Positions 1 through 10,524 of a stretch of 64,000 nt of DNA are shown one piece after another (position 1 is the stretch's first letter; every line of letters starts with the position of its first letter). This DNA is from an uncultured delta proteobacterium (GTDB taxonomy: Bacteria > Desulfobacterota > Binatia > Binatales > Binataceae): contig CAVRUK010000005.1 in assembly GCA_963724395.1 (NCBI GenBank), positions 1,001,261 through 1,065,260 of the forward strand. The letters are read 5' to 3'. The notes beneath the pieces are model-generated. The model ran no database searches and was not told the origin of the DNA. It saw only the letters and a list, made by a program, of their open reading frames with translations. The position numbers and the translations under genes are program-made.

Positions 1-41
1 CGCTCGAACTCCATTTCGACGATCCGCGCCTGTTCACCGAT

Positions 42-995
<954 letters not shown>

Positions 996-999
996 GCGC

Positions 1000-1485
1000 G
1001 TGGCGGTCGAGTTCCGGTGCGCGACGGCGCGCGGACGCGGCTACGCGCGCGGGATTCGCGACGACGCCGACCGCCTGATGCGCGCCGCGGGCCTCGCGGA
1101 GTGCGAGTTGTCGCTCACGCTGACCTCGGACCTCGCGATCCGCCGGCTGAATCGCGATTTTCGCGGAATCGACGCCGCCACCGACGTCCTTTCCTTCTCG
1201 CAAATCGAACAGGCCGGCGCCGCGCCGCCGAATCCCCGCAGCGTGAAGAATAGTCCCGGACTTCCAGTCGGCGACGTGGTGATTTCTATCGACACTGCGC
1301 TCCGGCAGGCGCGCGAGTTTCGCGTGACCCCGTCGTCGCGGCTTCGCCGGCTCCTGATTCACGGATTTCTGCATCTGATCGGCTACGATCACGAACGCTC
1401 GCCAGCCGACGCGCGCCGGATGTTCGCGCGCGAGCGAGCGCTGGCGGCGAAGATGAATCGAAAGGACCGCGAACTTTCGCGATGA
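1000..1485 (+). CDS. ybeY: Endoribonuclease YbeY (rRNA maturation factor)
   Basis: 161 aa; metal-binding motif 'HGFLHLIGYDHE' typical of YbeY; follows phoH. Confidence 0.85.
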   Translation: MAVEFRCATARGRGYARGIRDDADRLMRAAGLAECELSLTLTSDLAIRRLNRDFRGIDAATDVLSFSQIEQAGAAPPNPRSVKNSPGLPVGDVVISIDTALRQAREFRVTPSSRLRRLLIHGFLHLIGYDHERSPADARRMFARERALAAKMNRKDRELSR

Positions 1486-2036
1486 AGCGCAAGCCCGCCA
1501 AGATTCCCGCGGTCGCGATGCTGACGCATTTCACGCGCGCCTCGACTTCCGCGACCGCGCTCGACAACCTGGTCGCGATTCTCAAGGATGGCGTGATTCG
1601 CGGCGGCAGCCGGATGGTTCGCGGCGCGCATCCTGCGGTCTGCATGTTCGACGTGCCAATCGCCGAATTGCGCACGATCCTCGACCGGCGCAATCGTCGC
1701 CGCTATGAACCATTCGGGATCGCGGTCGACAAGCGGTATGCTTTCACAATGGGTGCGCGTCCAGTCATTTACCTGCCGTGGCGCGAGGCGGAAAAGATCC
1801 TCGCTCCGGAGGAAAGCTGGCGCGTGGTGTCTCTTGAAATCGACAAGGATCCTCCGATCGACTGGAGCTTCGAGCGCGAGTGGCGCGTCACCGGCAATCT
1901 CGCGTTCGAGCCGCCGCTGGCGGCCGCGCTGGTCGAAAGCTGGCGGGACGTGGACGAGATTTTCGAGCGCTTCAACGGCCGGCCGCCGTGCGCCGGCGTG
2001 ATTCCTCTTGCCGAGATGTTTGGCTCCCCCGCCTGA
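1482..2036 (+). CDS. Hypothetical protein inserted between ybeY and lnt (start overlaps ybeY stop as ATGA)
   Basis: 184-aa ORF in frame track; no family recognised by eye; occupies the slot usually held by corC/tlyC in phoH-ybeY-corC-lnt operons. Confidence 0.45.
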   Translation: MKRKPAKIPAVAMLTHFTRASTSATALDNLVAILKDGVIRGGSRMVRGAHPAVCMFDVPIAELRTILDRRNRRRYEPFGIAVDKRYAFTMGARPVIYLPWREAEKILAPEESWRVVSLEIDKDPPIDWSFEREWRVTGNLAFEPPLAAALVESWRDVDEIFERFNGRPPCAGVIPLAEMFGSPA

Positions 2037-2038
2037 CG

Positions 2039-3658
2039 ATGCCGTCGAACAACGCAACCCGCGCGGCGCTCGCCGTGGCCAGCGGTCTCGCGCTGGGGCT
2101 GGCCTTTCCGAAGTTCGACTACGGACTGCTGGCGTGGGTGGCGCTGGTGCCGCTCTTCTACGTCATCGAAGGCGAAACCATGCGGCGCGTCTTCTGGTGG
2201 GCATACCTGCAGGGATTCGCCGCGAACGTCGTATCGCTTTACTGGATTCCGATTCCGCTGCACGACTTCGCCGACGTGCACATGGCCTTTGCGATCTTTC
2301 CGATGCTGGCGCTGGCGGGAATCGTCGCGATCAACACCGCGGTCGCGATTTGGTCGGGTGAATTCGTCGCGCGGCGGACGCGAATCCCGGCGGTGATCAC
2401 GATGCCGGTGGCTTGGACGGCGCTCGAATGGTTCCGCACCTACATCCCGGTCGGTTTCCCGTGGAACCTGCTCGGCTACGCGGCTTACCGCAACCTCGAA
2501 TTGATCCAGTTCGCCGAATTCACCGGCGTCTACGGGGTCTCGGCGCTGATCGTGTTCTTCAACGCCGTGGTCTACGTCGTGATTTTCCGCCGCGGTGTTT
2601 ATCGCCTGCAGACCGTCAGCCTGAGCGCGCTGACCGCGATGATGATCGCGATGGTCGCGTTCGGCGCGTGGCGAATCAACGATCTCAAGAACGCGCCAAG
2701 TGCGGGCAGCTTCAAGGTCGCGATGGTGCAGGGAAATATCCCGCAATCGCTCAAGTGGGATCCGAAGTTCCTGCCCCAGAGTTACGGAGTTTATCAGGAC
2801 GAAACCGCGAACGCGGCCAAGCGCGGCGCCGACCTGATCGTCTGGCCCGAGGCGGCGGCGGCGTTCCTTTTCCAGCCCGACGATCGATATCCCGCCGGAC
2901 TTGCGGGTGACGAGGCATACCGCACCGCGCTGCTGACGCTCGCGCGCAATCTCGACGAGCCGCTGTTGTTCGGAGCACCGGCACTGGCGCGAACAGATGG
3001 GCGCCTGGGATTCTACAACCGCGCGTATTTGGTGTCGGACAAGGGCGACGTGGCCGCGCATTACGACAAGATCGAGCTGGTGCCATTCGGCGAGTACGTT
3101 CCGGCGCGCGCGATTCTCGGCTTCTTCGTCAACCGGATCGTCGAGGGCATGGGCGATATGATTCCCGGCAAAGTGCAGACGTTGTTCGATTTCAAAGGCG
3201 CCAAGCTCGGAATTTTGATCTGTTACGAAAGTATTTTCCCCGATCTCACGCGGCGCGAGGTGAACGACGGCGCCGACGTCCTCGTGAACATCACCAACGA
3301 CGCGTGGTACGGCGAGAGTTCGGCTCCCTACCAGGTGCTCGCGATGGCGGCGATGCGCTCGGTCGAGACCAAGGTCCCGATGGTGCGCGTGGCGAACACG
3401 GGAATCAGCGCATTGATTGAGCCGTCGGGACAAATCACGAATCGCACTCCCCTGTTCAAGCGCGGCACGGAGATCGTCGACGTCTCGTGGCGCCCGGTGC
3501 GGACAGTCTACACGGTGGTCGGCGATTTGTTCGCGGAAACATGCTTCGCGCTCACGGCGATTGGTTTGATCGTCGCGTGGCAATGGCCGCGCCCGGCGCC
3601 GCTTGAAGTTGAAGTCACTCGATCGCACCGCCTTGCGGCCAACGGCAAGCCCCATTAA
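2039..3658 (+). CDS. lnt: Apolipoprotein N-acyltransferase
   Basis: Start 'MPSNNATRAALAVASGLALGLAFPKF' with N-terminal TM helices plus a C-terminal CN-hydrolase domain ('VWPE', 'ICYES'); the ORF track's upstream extension to 1880 is rejected. Confidence 0.85.
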   Translation: MPSNNATRAALAVASGLALGLAFPKFDYGLLAWVALVPLFYVIEGETMRRVFWWAYLQGFAANVVSLYWIPIPLHDFADVHMAFAIFPMLALAGIVAINTAVAIWSGEFVARRTRIPAVITMPVAWTALEWFRTYIPVGFPWNLLGYAAYRNLELIQFAEFTGVYGVSALIVFFNAVVYVVIFRRGVYRLQTVSLSALTAMMIAMVAFGAWRINDLKNAPSAGSFKVAMVQGNIPQSLKWDPKFLPQSYGVYQDETANAAKRGADLIVWPEAAAAFLFQPDDRYPAGLAGDEAYRTALLTLARNLDEPLLFGAPALARTDGRLGFYNRAYLVSDKGDVAAHYDKIELVPFGEYVPARAILGFFVNRIVEGMGDMIPGKVQTLFDFKGAKLGILICYESIFPDLTRREVNDGADVLVNITNDAWYGESSAPYQVLAMAAMRSVETKVPMVRVANTGISALIEPSGQITNRTPLFKRGTEIVDVSWRPVRTVYTVVGDLFAETCFALTAIGLIVAWQWPRPAPLEVEVTRSHRLAANGKPH

Positions 3659-3725
3659 TCCCGGCAACTATTCGTGCCATAATAACGGCCTTGCCGGTCG
3701 ATGCCGGCGTGAGGTGTAATTTCCG

Positions 3726-4854
3726 ATGCTCAGCGATATGAGACAGCAGCTTTCCGAGTTTGACGACCGCGCCGAAAAGCTCGGGAGGCGTCTTTGACGT
3801 CCCCGCACTGACCGCCCGCCAGAACACACTCGTCGAACAATCCGCCAAGCCCGGGTTCTGGGATCGCCAGGAGACCGCGCAAGCCGCCCTCAAGGAGCAG
3901 GAGCAGATTCGCGCTCAGCTCGCGGGCTACAAGATGCTGCGCGACAAGCTCGACGAGGCGCGCGTGTTCCTGCAGATGGCCGAAGAGGAAGGCGGCGAGG
4001 ATTCCGAGGCGGCGCGCGAGACTGCAGCGGCGCTCGACGCGTCGCGCACCGAGCTCGAGCGCCAGGAACTGCGCCTGATGCTCAGTGGCGAGTACGATCG
4101 CCTCGGCGCGATCGTCTCGATACATCCCGGCGCCGGCGGCATGGAGGCGCAGGACTGGGCCGAGATGCTGCTGCGCCTTTATCTGCGATGGGCCGAGCGG
4201 CGCGGCTTCAAAACCGAGATTGCGGACTTGCAGCCGGGCGACGGCGCGGGAATCAAGAGCGCAACCGTCACCGTCGAGGGCGATTTCGCGTACGGATACC
4301 TGAAGGCCGAGGCCGGGATTCATCGGCTGGTGCGGATTTCGCCGTACGACTCGAACGCGCGGCGCCATACCTCGTTCGCGTCGGTCTTTGTTTTTCCAGA
4401 GGTTGACGACACGATCGAGATAGTCATCAATCCCGCCGATTTGCGAATCGATACGTTTCGCGCATCGGGTGCGGGCGGCCAGCACGTCAACAAGACAGAC
4501 TCTGCCGTGCGCTTCACGCATATCCCGACCAATATCGTCGTGACCTGCCAGAACGAACGCTCGCAGCATAAGAACCGCGCGATGGCGATGAAAATATTGC
4601 GCGCGCGGCTGTTCGAACTCGAGCAGCGCAAGAAAAAAGAAGAGCTCGAGAAGTTCAGCAAGGACAAAAAAGAAATCGCCTGGGGCAGTCAGATTCGCTC
4701 GTACGTGCTGCAGCCGTACCAGATGGTCAAGGACCATCGCACCGGCGTCGAAGTCGGCAACACCAGCGCGGTACTCGACGGCGCGATCGACGATTTCATC
4801 CAGGCCTACCTGATGGGCGTCCGCAAAGGCGACGCCGACGCAGTGCCCAACTAG
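3726..4854 (+). CDS. prfB: Peptide chain release factor 2, requiring a programmed +1 ribosomal frameshift at CTT TGA C (3792-3798)
   Basis: Frame-0 ORF MLSDMRQQLSEFDDRAEKLGRRL stops at TGA 3795; the +1 frame continues 'DVPALTARQ...' through 'SPYDS' and the GGQ motif ('SGAGGQHVNKT'). Confidence 0.85.
3780..3798 (+). promoter_or_regulatory. RF2 autoregulatory frameshift site: internal SD 'GGGAGG' followed by CUU UGA C
   Basis: Sequence 'ctcgggaggcgtctttgacg' read directly; classical prfB recoding signal. Confidence 0.85.
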
Positions 4855-4870
4855 GCTTGCGCGATCACGC

Positions 4871-5054
4871 TGGGGGGTGAACTTTTCAGCCTGACGCTCG
4901 CGCGCCTGACGTGCTAACAATCAGGTATGGACATCAGTCAGGTACTACTCCTCATTCACAGTGCGCCCGCAAGGAGAAAACACTACAAATTTGACGGAAC
5001 GAAGCTACGCCTAGTGGGTCACCCGTCCCGAACCACCACAGGTAGTGTACATCG
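4871..5054 (+). repeat. Interspersed ~200-bp repeat family, copy A
   Basis: Shares the 5' module 'gggggtgaacttttcagcctgac' and the 3' module 'tttgacggaacgaagctac...' with copies at 34168, 47247 and 57714 (rc). Confidence 0.6.
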
Positions 5055-5143
5055 CCACTTTTCGGCCAATTGAACATTCGCAATTCGCCGCCACTTCGGT
5101 CGCAAAATGAATCATTCCCGCCAGCCTTGCGCCCATAATCTGC

Positions 5144-7618
5144 GTGATCCAGTCTGAGCGACTACCAATGGCGGTGCATCCAGGCGAAGGTTCCCGGCGA
5201 CGTTTTTATCGTTCGCCGCGCGCGCGCAGACGCGCGGTGGTCGGGCTCGTGGTCGCGTTCGTCTTTGTCGTCGTGATGACGGGGCTGTTCTATCAAGCGA
5301 CACAAAGCGGGCTCGCGCCGGAGTCGGGCGTCGTCAAACTTGCGGGGCTGACGGCTCCCGTCAAGGTGATTCGCGACGCGGTCGGCGTACCGCATATCTA
5401 CGCGCAGAACCGGCTCGACCTCGCGCGGGCGCTGGGCTACACGCAGGCGCAGGATCGATTGTTCCAGCTCGAGATGCGCCGGCGGTTGGCTGAGGGGCGC
5501 CTCGCCGAGGTGTTTGGCGCCGACTTGGTTGAGAGCGACTACGTTTACCGGCTGTTCGATCCTGAAAAATTTGCGCACGACAGCGTCGCGGCCTATCCGC
5601 CCGAGATGCGCGCGCAAGTGGATGCGTTCGTCGGCGGGATCAACGCTTATATCGATGCGCATCAGGATAGCCTCGAGCCGGCGTTTCGGCTGGTCGGTAT
5701 CAAGCCGGCGCATTTCACGGCCGAAGACCTCGAGGCGGGCGCGCTGACGATTGCGGTGCTGCTCGGCTACAACGCAACCGAAGAGTCGTTGTACATGAAC
5801 CTCGCGCCGAAGATGGCGCCGAGCGAAATCGCCGCGCTGATGCCGGTGTATCCGACGCTGCCGCTCGAGCCCCCGCCGCGCACGACGACTGCGGCGTTCG
5901 GCGGAACGACGCTGGCGTTTCACCTTGCGCCAGGCTTCGCGCGCCTCGGGCATCTCGGCATGCCCGCGAGCAACAACTGGGTGATCGACGGCACCAAATC
6001 GATGTCGGGCAAACCGATGCTCGCGAGCGATCCGCATCTGCCGCAATCGATTCCGTCGATTTGGTACGAGGCGGTACTCGTGACCCCGGACGGCTTCACC
6101 TCGGGCGCGCTGGCTGCCGGTTCGCCTGCGGTTGCGATCGGCACCAACGGGCATGTGGCGTGGGGCGTGACGAGCGTATGCGCGGATGTGATGGATCTCA
6201 GCCTCGAGCATCTGTCGGCCGACAGCGAACGCAAAAGTTACGAGTTCCAGGGAAAATGGCTCCCGCTGGAGCGGCGCGACGTGACGATTCATGTCAGGGA
6301 CGCGGCCGACGTGACGCGAACGATCCTGTCGACGCGGCACGGTCCGATCGTCAGCGACGTGCTCGCGCGCGAGGACAATCCGCTGAGCGGCGTGAAGGTA
6401 CGCGGGAATTACGCCCTGTCGATGCGCTTTGCCGGGCTGACGCCCGGGCCGTCCGCCGCCTCGGGATTCGGCTCGGCCACTGCACGCACGGGAAAGGAGT
6501 TGGTCGAAGCCTATCGCACCTTCACGACGACGCCGCTCAATCTGGTTTGGGGCGATGACTCTGGAAATATCGGCTGGAAAATCGTCGGCGCAATTCCGAA
6601 TCGCATCGGCTTCGACGGCAAGTATCCGACCGCGGGATTCACCGGGAATTTCGAATGGAACGGGATGATCCCGTTCGACAGTCTGCCGCATAGCGAGAAT
6701 CCAGCGGCGCATTTTATCGTCACTGCCAACAATCGGCTGGCCGACGTTTCATGGAATGGAAGCTGGGTGGCGCCGTGGCGCTTCGATCGTATCTCGAACC
6801 TGCTGCGCGCGCGCGACAAGATGACGATCGATGATTTCAAATCGATTCAGCGCGATCGCGTATCGATCTTCGCGCTGAAGCTGCGCGACGCGCTCGTGCA
6901 GGCCGGCGACGGCGACGACGACGATCTGCGATGGGCGCTCGGGGAACTCCGCGGATGGGACGGCGCGATGACGGCGAACAGCAGGCCGGCGGCGATTGTC
7001 GCGGCAACCGAAGTGACGCTGGCGCGCCGCGTGTTCAAGCCTCTGCTGGGCGAGGACTACAAATCGTTCATGCTGCTCGAGGACGGGGGCGCGTATCCGG
7101 CGAGCGAAGATATGATCGTGCGGCCCGCTAGTACGCTGTGGCCGGGAGGCGCCGACGCCGAGAGTGCGACGTTGCGCGCGGGCTTGAAGGATTCGCTCGC
7201 GCTGCTCGCGACTCGGCTCGGCAACGATCGCGACAAGTGGCGATGGGGCTCGCTGACGACGATCGAATTTGCGCATCCGCTGGGCGCAGGCGGCGGCCTG
7301 CTCGGATGGTACTTCAACCGCGGGCCGTTCCCAACCGAAGGCGGACGGCATACGGTGAACAATTCCTGGTTTGATTTAGGCGACGAACCGGCGCAGTTCA
7401 AAGTCACACAGATTTCGTCGTACCGTTTCATCACCGACCTCGGCGACCCCGAAGGCGCGCTCGGAATGAATCACAGCGGCGAATCGGACCATCCGGCGTC
7501 ACGCCACTACGACGACATGATCGGCCCCTGGAGCCGCGGCGAGTATCACCCGCTCGATCCGAGTTACACGCGCGTGCAGTCGTCAGCCGAGGCTGAATTG
7601 GATCTGGAGCCGCGCTAG
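5144..7618 (+). CDS. Penicillin acylase / AHL-acylase family Ntn-hydrolase (periplasmic)
   Basis: 824 aa; N-terminal membrane anchor; 'MPASNNWVIDG' matches the beta-subunit N-terminal Ser nucleophile motif (S-N-N-W) of penicillin G acylase family proteins. Confidence 0.8.
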   Translation: MIQSERLPMAVHPGEGSRRRFYRSPRARRRAVVGLVVAFVFVVVMTGLFYQATQSGLAPESGVVKLAGLTAPVKVIRDAVGVPHIYAQNRLDLARALGYTQAQDRLFQLEMRRRLAEGRLAEVFGADLVESDYVYRLFDPEKFAHDSVAAYPPEMRAQVDAFVGGINAYIDAHQDSLEPAFRLVGIKPAHFTAEDLEAGALTIAVLLGYNATEESLYMNLAPKMAPSEIAALMPVYPTLPLEPPPRTTTAAFGGTTLAFHLAPGFARLGHLGMPASNNWVIDGTKSMSGKPMLASDPHLPQSIPSIWYEAVLVTPDGFTSGALAAGSPAVAIGTNGHVAWGVTSVCADVMDLSLEHLSADSERKSYEFQGKWLPLERRDVTIHVRDAADVTRTILSTRHGPIVSDVLAREDNPLSGVKVRGNYALSMRFAGLTPGPSAASGFGSATARTGKELVEAYRTFTTTPLNLVWGDDSGNIGWKIVGAIPNRIGFDGKYPTAGFTGNFEWNGMIPFDSLPHSENPAAHFIVTANNRLADVSWNGSWVAPWRFDRISNLLRARDKMTIDDFKSIQRDRVSIFALKLRDALVQAGDGDDDDLRWALGELRGWDGAMTANSRPAAIVAATEVTLARRVFKPLLGEDYKSFMLLEDGGAYPASEDMIVRPASTLWPGGADAESATLRAGLKDSLALLATRLGNDRDKWRWGSLTTIEFAHPLGAGGGLLGWYFNRGPFPTEGGRHTVNNSWFDLGDEPAQFKVTQISSYRFITDLGDPEGALGMNHSGESDHPASRHYDDMIGPWSRGEYHPLDPSYTRVQSSAEAELDLEPR

Positions 7619-7706
7619 CTATGTCTTTCAGCTTGCCTCGCACGCACGACTGATCAAAGTTGCAATATGAAACGAACGCCTCGTTTCGAATAATTGTCAC
7701 AAGGAG

Positions 7707-8432
7707 TTGCGGATGATCGACTTATATTTCTGGCCAACGCCCAACGGCTACAAGATTACCTGGATGCTCGAGGAGGTCGGCCTCAAGTACAACGTGATCC
7801 CGGTCAATATCGGCGCGGGCGATCAGTTCAAGCCCGAGTTTCTGAAAATCAGCCCGAACAATCGCATGCCCGCGATGACCGATCCCGACGGTCCCGGCGG
7901 AAAACCGATCTCGATTTTCGAGTCGGGCGCGATCCTGATGTACCTGGCCGAGAAGACCGGCAAGCTGATGCCGTCCGACACGCGCGGCAAGTACAACGTG
8001 ATTCAGTGGCTGATGTTCCAGATGTCGAGCGTCGGCCCGATGCTCGGCCAGGCGCATCACTTTCGCCGCTACGCGCCCGAGAAGATCGAGTACGCGATCA
8101 ACCGCTATACCAATGAGGCCAAGCGCATCTACGGCGTGATCGACAAGCGCCTCGGCGAAGCGAAATACCTGGCGGGAGAGTATTCGATCGCCGATATCGC
8201 GACTTACCCGTGGCTGGTGCCGCATTCGATGCAAGGACAGAACCTCGAAGATTTTCCGAATCTGAAAAAATGGTACGACGAACTGCGCGCGCGGCCGGCG
8301 ACCCAGCGCGGCTTCGCAGTGATGAGCGAGATCGTCGAGAAGATGCGCACGGCGGCGCAAGCGAATCAGCCGGCGCACGATCCGAAGACGTGGGAGATAC
8401 TGTTCGGGAAGAAGCAGTTCGAGAAGCGGTAA
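7707..8432 (+). CDS. Nu-class glutathione S-transferase, YfcG-like (disulfide-bond reductase type)
   Basis: 'MIDLYFWPTPNGYKITWMLEE...ISPNNRMPA...FESGAILMYLAEKTG' matches E. coli YfcG closely, from memory. Confidence 0.8.
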   Translation: MRMIDLYFWPTPNGYKITWMLEEVGLKYNVIPVNIGAGDQFKPEFLKISPNNRMPAMTDPDGPGGKPISIFESGAILMYLAEKTGKLMPSDTRGKYNVIQWLMFQMSSVGPMLGQAHHFRRYAPEKIEYAINRYTNEAKRIYGVIDKRLGEAKYLAGEYSIADIATYPWLVPHSMQGQNLEDFPNLKKWYDELRARPATQRGFAVMSEIVEKMRTAAQANQPAHDPKTWEILFGKKQFEKR

Positions 8433-8459
8433 GAGAATTCGTCCCAGTTGGAAACTTTG

Positions 8460-9380
8460 TCAGGCCGAGCGTTGTGAACCATCCAGTAGTCGCAGCAGCG
8501 TGTACACGATTTCGACGGTGGGCACCTTCAGGCCGTGGCGGCTGGCCGCGCGGACTACGGCGCCGCTGAGGGCTTCGTATTCGAGCGATTTGCCGCGTTC
8601 CAGGTCCTGCTGGGTCGAGGTCTTCAGCGCGCGCAGGTTTTTGTGCGAGTGCGCGATGTACGCGTCGATGCGGTCGTCGGAGATGTGCGCGCCCTCGGCG
8701 CGCGCGACGGTGACAATCTCCCGCATCATCGTGCGCAGGAGCTCCAGGCCTTCGGGGTCGTCGATAATCTCGCCGACGCGCCGGCGCGTCAGCGTCGTCA
8801 CGGTGTTGAGAGCGCCATTCCAGATGAGCTTGTCCCATCGCGCGGTCATGATGTCGGTTGAGACCTGGCCGAGAATCCCGGCGCGTCGAAACACTTCGGC
8901 GATTGTCTTGACTCGCTCCGTCTCGCGGCCGTCGAGTTCGCCGAAGTCGATTTGGCCGGTGCTCAGATGAACAATTTTGCCGGGCGCGACCATCTCGACT
9001 CCGACGCGCGCGTTGCCGCCCATCACAGCGTCGCGGCCGAATATCGCAGCGAGCTTAGACTCGTTCTCGACGCCGTTCTGAAGCGTGAGAATCGCGCCGC
9101 CCGGCCGAAGGCATCCCGAGATAGCCTGCGCGGCGGCGTCGGTGTCGTAGGCCTTCACGCAGAACAGGATCAGATCATACGGCGCGAAGTCGTGGGGCGT
9201 ATCGGTAGCCGTGACCTCGATTCGCAGATCGCCCCGGATGCTGGTGATGTCGAGGCCACGCTCGCGGATCGCGCGCAGATTTTCCCCGCGCGCGCACAAG
9301 ACGACGTCCTCGCCGGCGGCCCGCATCCGTGCGCCGAAGTAAGCTCCGACCGCGCCCGCACCCATCACGAGAATTTTCAT
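8460..9380 (-). CDS. panE: 2-dehydropantoate 2-reductase (ketopantoate reductase)
   Basis: N-terminal 'MKILVMGAGAVGAYFGARM' Rossmann fold; ApbA/PanE-like length and C-terminal domain. Confidence 0.7.
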   Translation of the reverse strand: MKILVMGAGAVGAYFGARMRAAGEDVVLCARGENLRAIRERGLDITSIRGDLRIEVTATDTPHDFAPYDLILFCVKAYDTDAAAQAISGCLRPGGAILTLQNGVENESKLAAIFGRDAVMGGNARVGVEMVAPGKIVHLSTGQIDFGELDGRETERVKTIAEVFRRAGILGQVSTDIMTARWDKLIWNGALNTVTTLTRRRVGEIIDDPEGLELLRTMMREIVTVARAEGAHISDDRIDAYIAHSHKNLRALKTSTQQDLERGKSLEYEALSGAVVRAASRHGLKVPTVEIVYTLLRLLDGSQRSA

Positions 9381-9421
9381 TTTCTCACTTTTTTACTTTT
9401 TCACTTTTTTACTTTTCACTG
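9381..9421. repeat. AT-rich degenerate tandem repeat ('cacttttttact' x3) in the divergent panE / cobS-like intergenic region
   Basis: Read directly: 'tttctcacttttttactttttcacttttttacttttcact'; conspicuous in a 65% GC background. Confidence 0.5.
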
Positions 9422-9469
9422 CGCCTATCGTAGCGCCGCCGCGATCTGTTGTAATCAACCTCGGTCACG

Positions 9470-10246
9470 ATGGAATCGGCGAGCGAAACGAGTCTTCCAG
9501 GTGCGCGCGAACTGTTGTTCGACGCCGTGCTGGCGGTGGCGACGCTGACGCTGTGGCCGATCCTCGACGAAAGATCGCAGGGCACCGCCGCGCAGCGCGC
9601 GCGCGCGATGGTCTATTTTCCGATTGTTGGTTTCGTCCTCGGAGTAATTCTCGCGGTTGCCGATCGAAGCGCCGGCCTGGTAGCGGGACCAGTCACAAGC
9701 TCGTTCGTCGTGCTGACAATCGGAGGAGCGCTCTCGCTGGGGCTGGCGAATCGCGGAGTGGCGGACACGGCCGAGGTGCTGCGGCGGGGCACGCGGCCGG
9801 CCTCGACCGGACTGGCGCGAATCGGACCGGTGGGAGCGGGCGCATCGCTGGCCGCGTTCGCGTTCGAGGTCTGGTGCCTGTCGCGAATCACCGACGACGC
9901 GGGACGCGCGGGCGCGCTGGTGATGGCGATGACGCTGTCGCGATGGGCGATCGTTCCAATCGGCTACGGGCTGAAACCGCTGGAGCATTGGGGGCTCGGC
10001 ATCCCGTACGAAGGCGGCATTTCGTTTCGCGAGTTCGCCGTCTCGAGCGTCGTGGCGCTGGGACTCACGATGGGGCTGTATCAGAACGTCGGGCTGGCGG
10101 TGATCGTCGCGTTGGCGCTGACTATTCTCGCGATGCGGCTGGTGCTGAGCCGCCGGATGGGCGGCGCATCGGGCTACATGCTGGCGGGCGGATGCGCGGT
10201 TACCGAGGTCGTCACGTTTGCGGTGCTGGCAGCGCTTCGGGTTTAG
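9470..10246 (+). CDS. Polytopic membrane protein, CobS-like (adenosylcobinamide-GDP ribazoletransferase family)
   Basis: 258 aa, highly hydrophobic; 'FPIVGFVLGV' and 'GVADTAE' resemble the CobS 'FPLIGLLLG' and 'LDGLADT' motifs; no other cob genes nearby, so the function is uncertain. Confidence 0.45.
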   Translation: MESASETSLPGARELLFDAVLAVATLTLWPILDERSQGTAAQRARAMVYFPIVGFVLGVILAVADRSAGLVAGPVTSSFVVLTIGGALSLGLANRGVADTAEVLRRGTRPASTGLARIGPVGAGASLAAFAFEVWCLSRITDDAGRAGALVMAMTLSRWAIVPIGYGLKPLEHWGLGIPYEGGISFREFAVSSVVALGLTMGLYQNVGLAVIVALALTILAMRLVLSRRMGGASGYMLAGGCAVTEVVTFAVLAALRV

Positions 10247-10277
10247 CAGCTACCGATGGCAGCGAGCGGTCCAAAAT

Positions 10278-10516
10278 CCTAACCTCTCCTTGTCCGAGGA
10301 GAGGTCGGCGCGAGCCGAAGGTGAGCGACGGGAGAGGTGCAACGCTCGCCGTCGTAGTAGTGCGTGTTGTGCTGCTGTCGTGCAGCGGAGTCAGTGTCTG
10401 TAAATTGTGGTTCGAGGAGTAAACGTCGGTGCGGTGTCTGGCGTTGCACCTCACCCGGCGACACCGCTTTTTCAAGCGGCTTTCGCCGACCTCTCCTCGG
10501 ACAAGGAGAGGTTAGG
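10278..10516. repeat. Palindromic element: perfect 33-bp inverted repeats (10278-10310 and 10484-10516), each itself a hairpin, flanking a 173-bp core
   Basis: 'cctaacctctccttgtccgaggagaggtcggcg' is the exact reverse complement of 'cgccgacctctcctcggacaaggagaggttagg'; lies between convergent cobS-like and coaE. Confidence 0.6.
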
Positions 10517-10524
10517 ACAGAGTT

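Noticed and set aside
1880-2038. Upstream extension of lnt overlapping the preceding gene
   Set aside because: The first 53 residues are Arg-rich with no TM helix. The Lnt-like N-terminus begins at the Met at 2039.
1769-3667. 632-aa minus-strand ORF antisense to lnt
   Set aside because: Low-complexity Arg-rich translation. The + strand encodes a clear Lnt with TM and CN-hydrolase domains.
3730-4920. 396-aa minus-strand ORF antisense to prfB
   Set aside because: No recognisable motifs. prfB on the + strand is unambiguous, including its recoding site.
5162-6712. 516-aa minus-strand ORF antisense to the penicillin acylase gene
   Set aside because: Arg-rich junk translation. The sense strand carries the Ntn-hydrolase SNNW motif.
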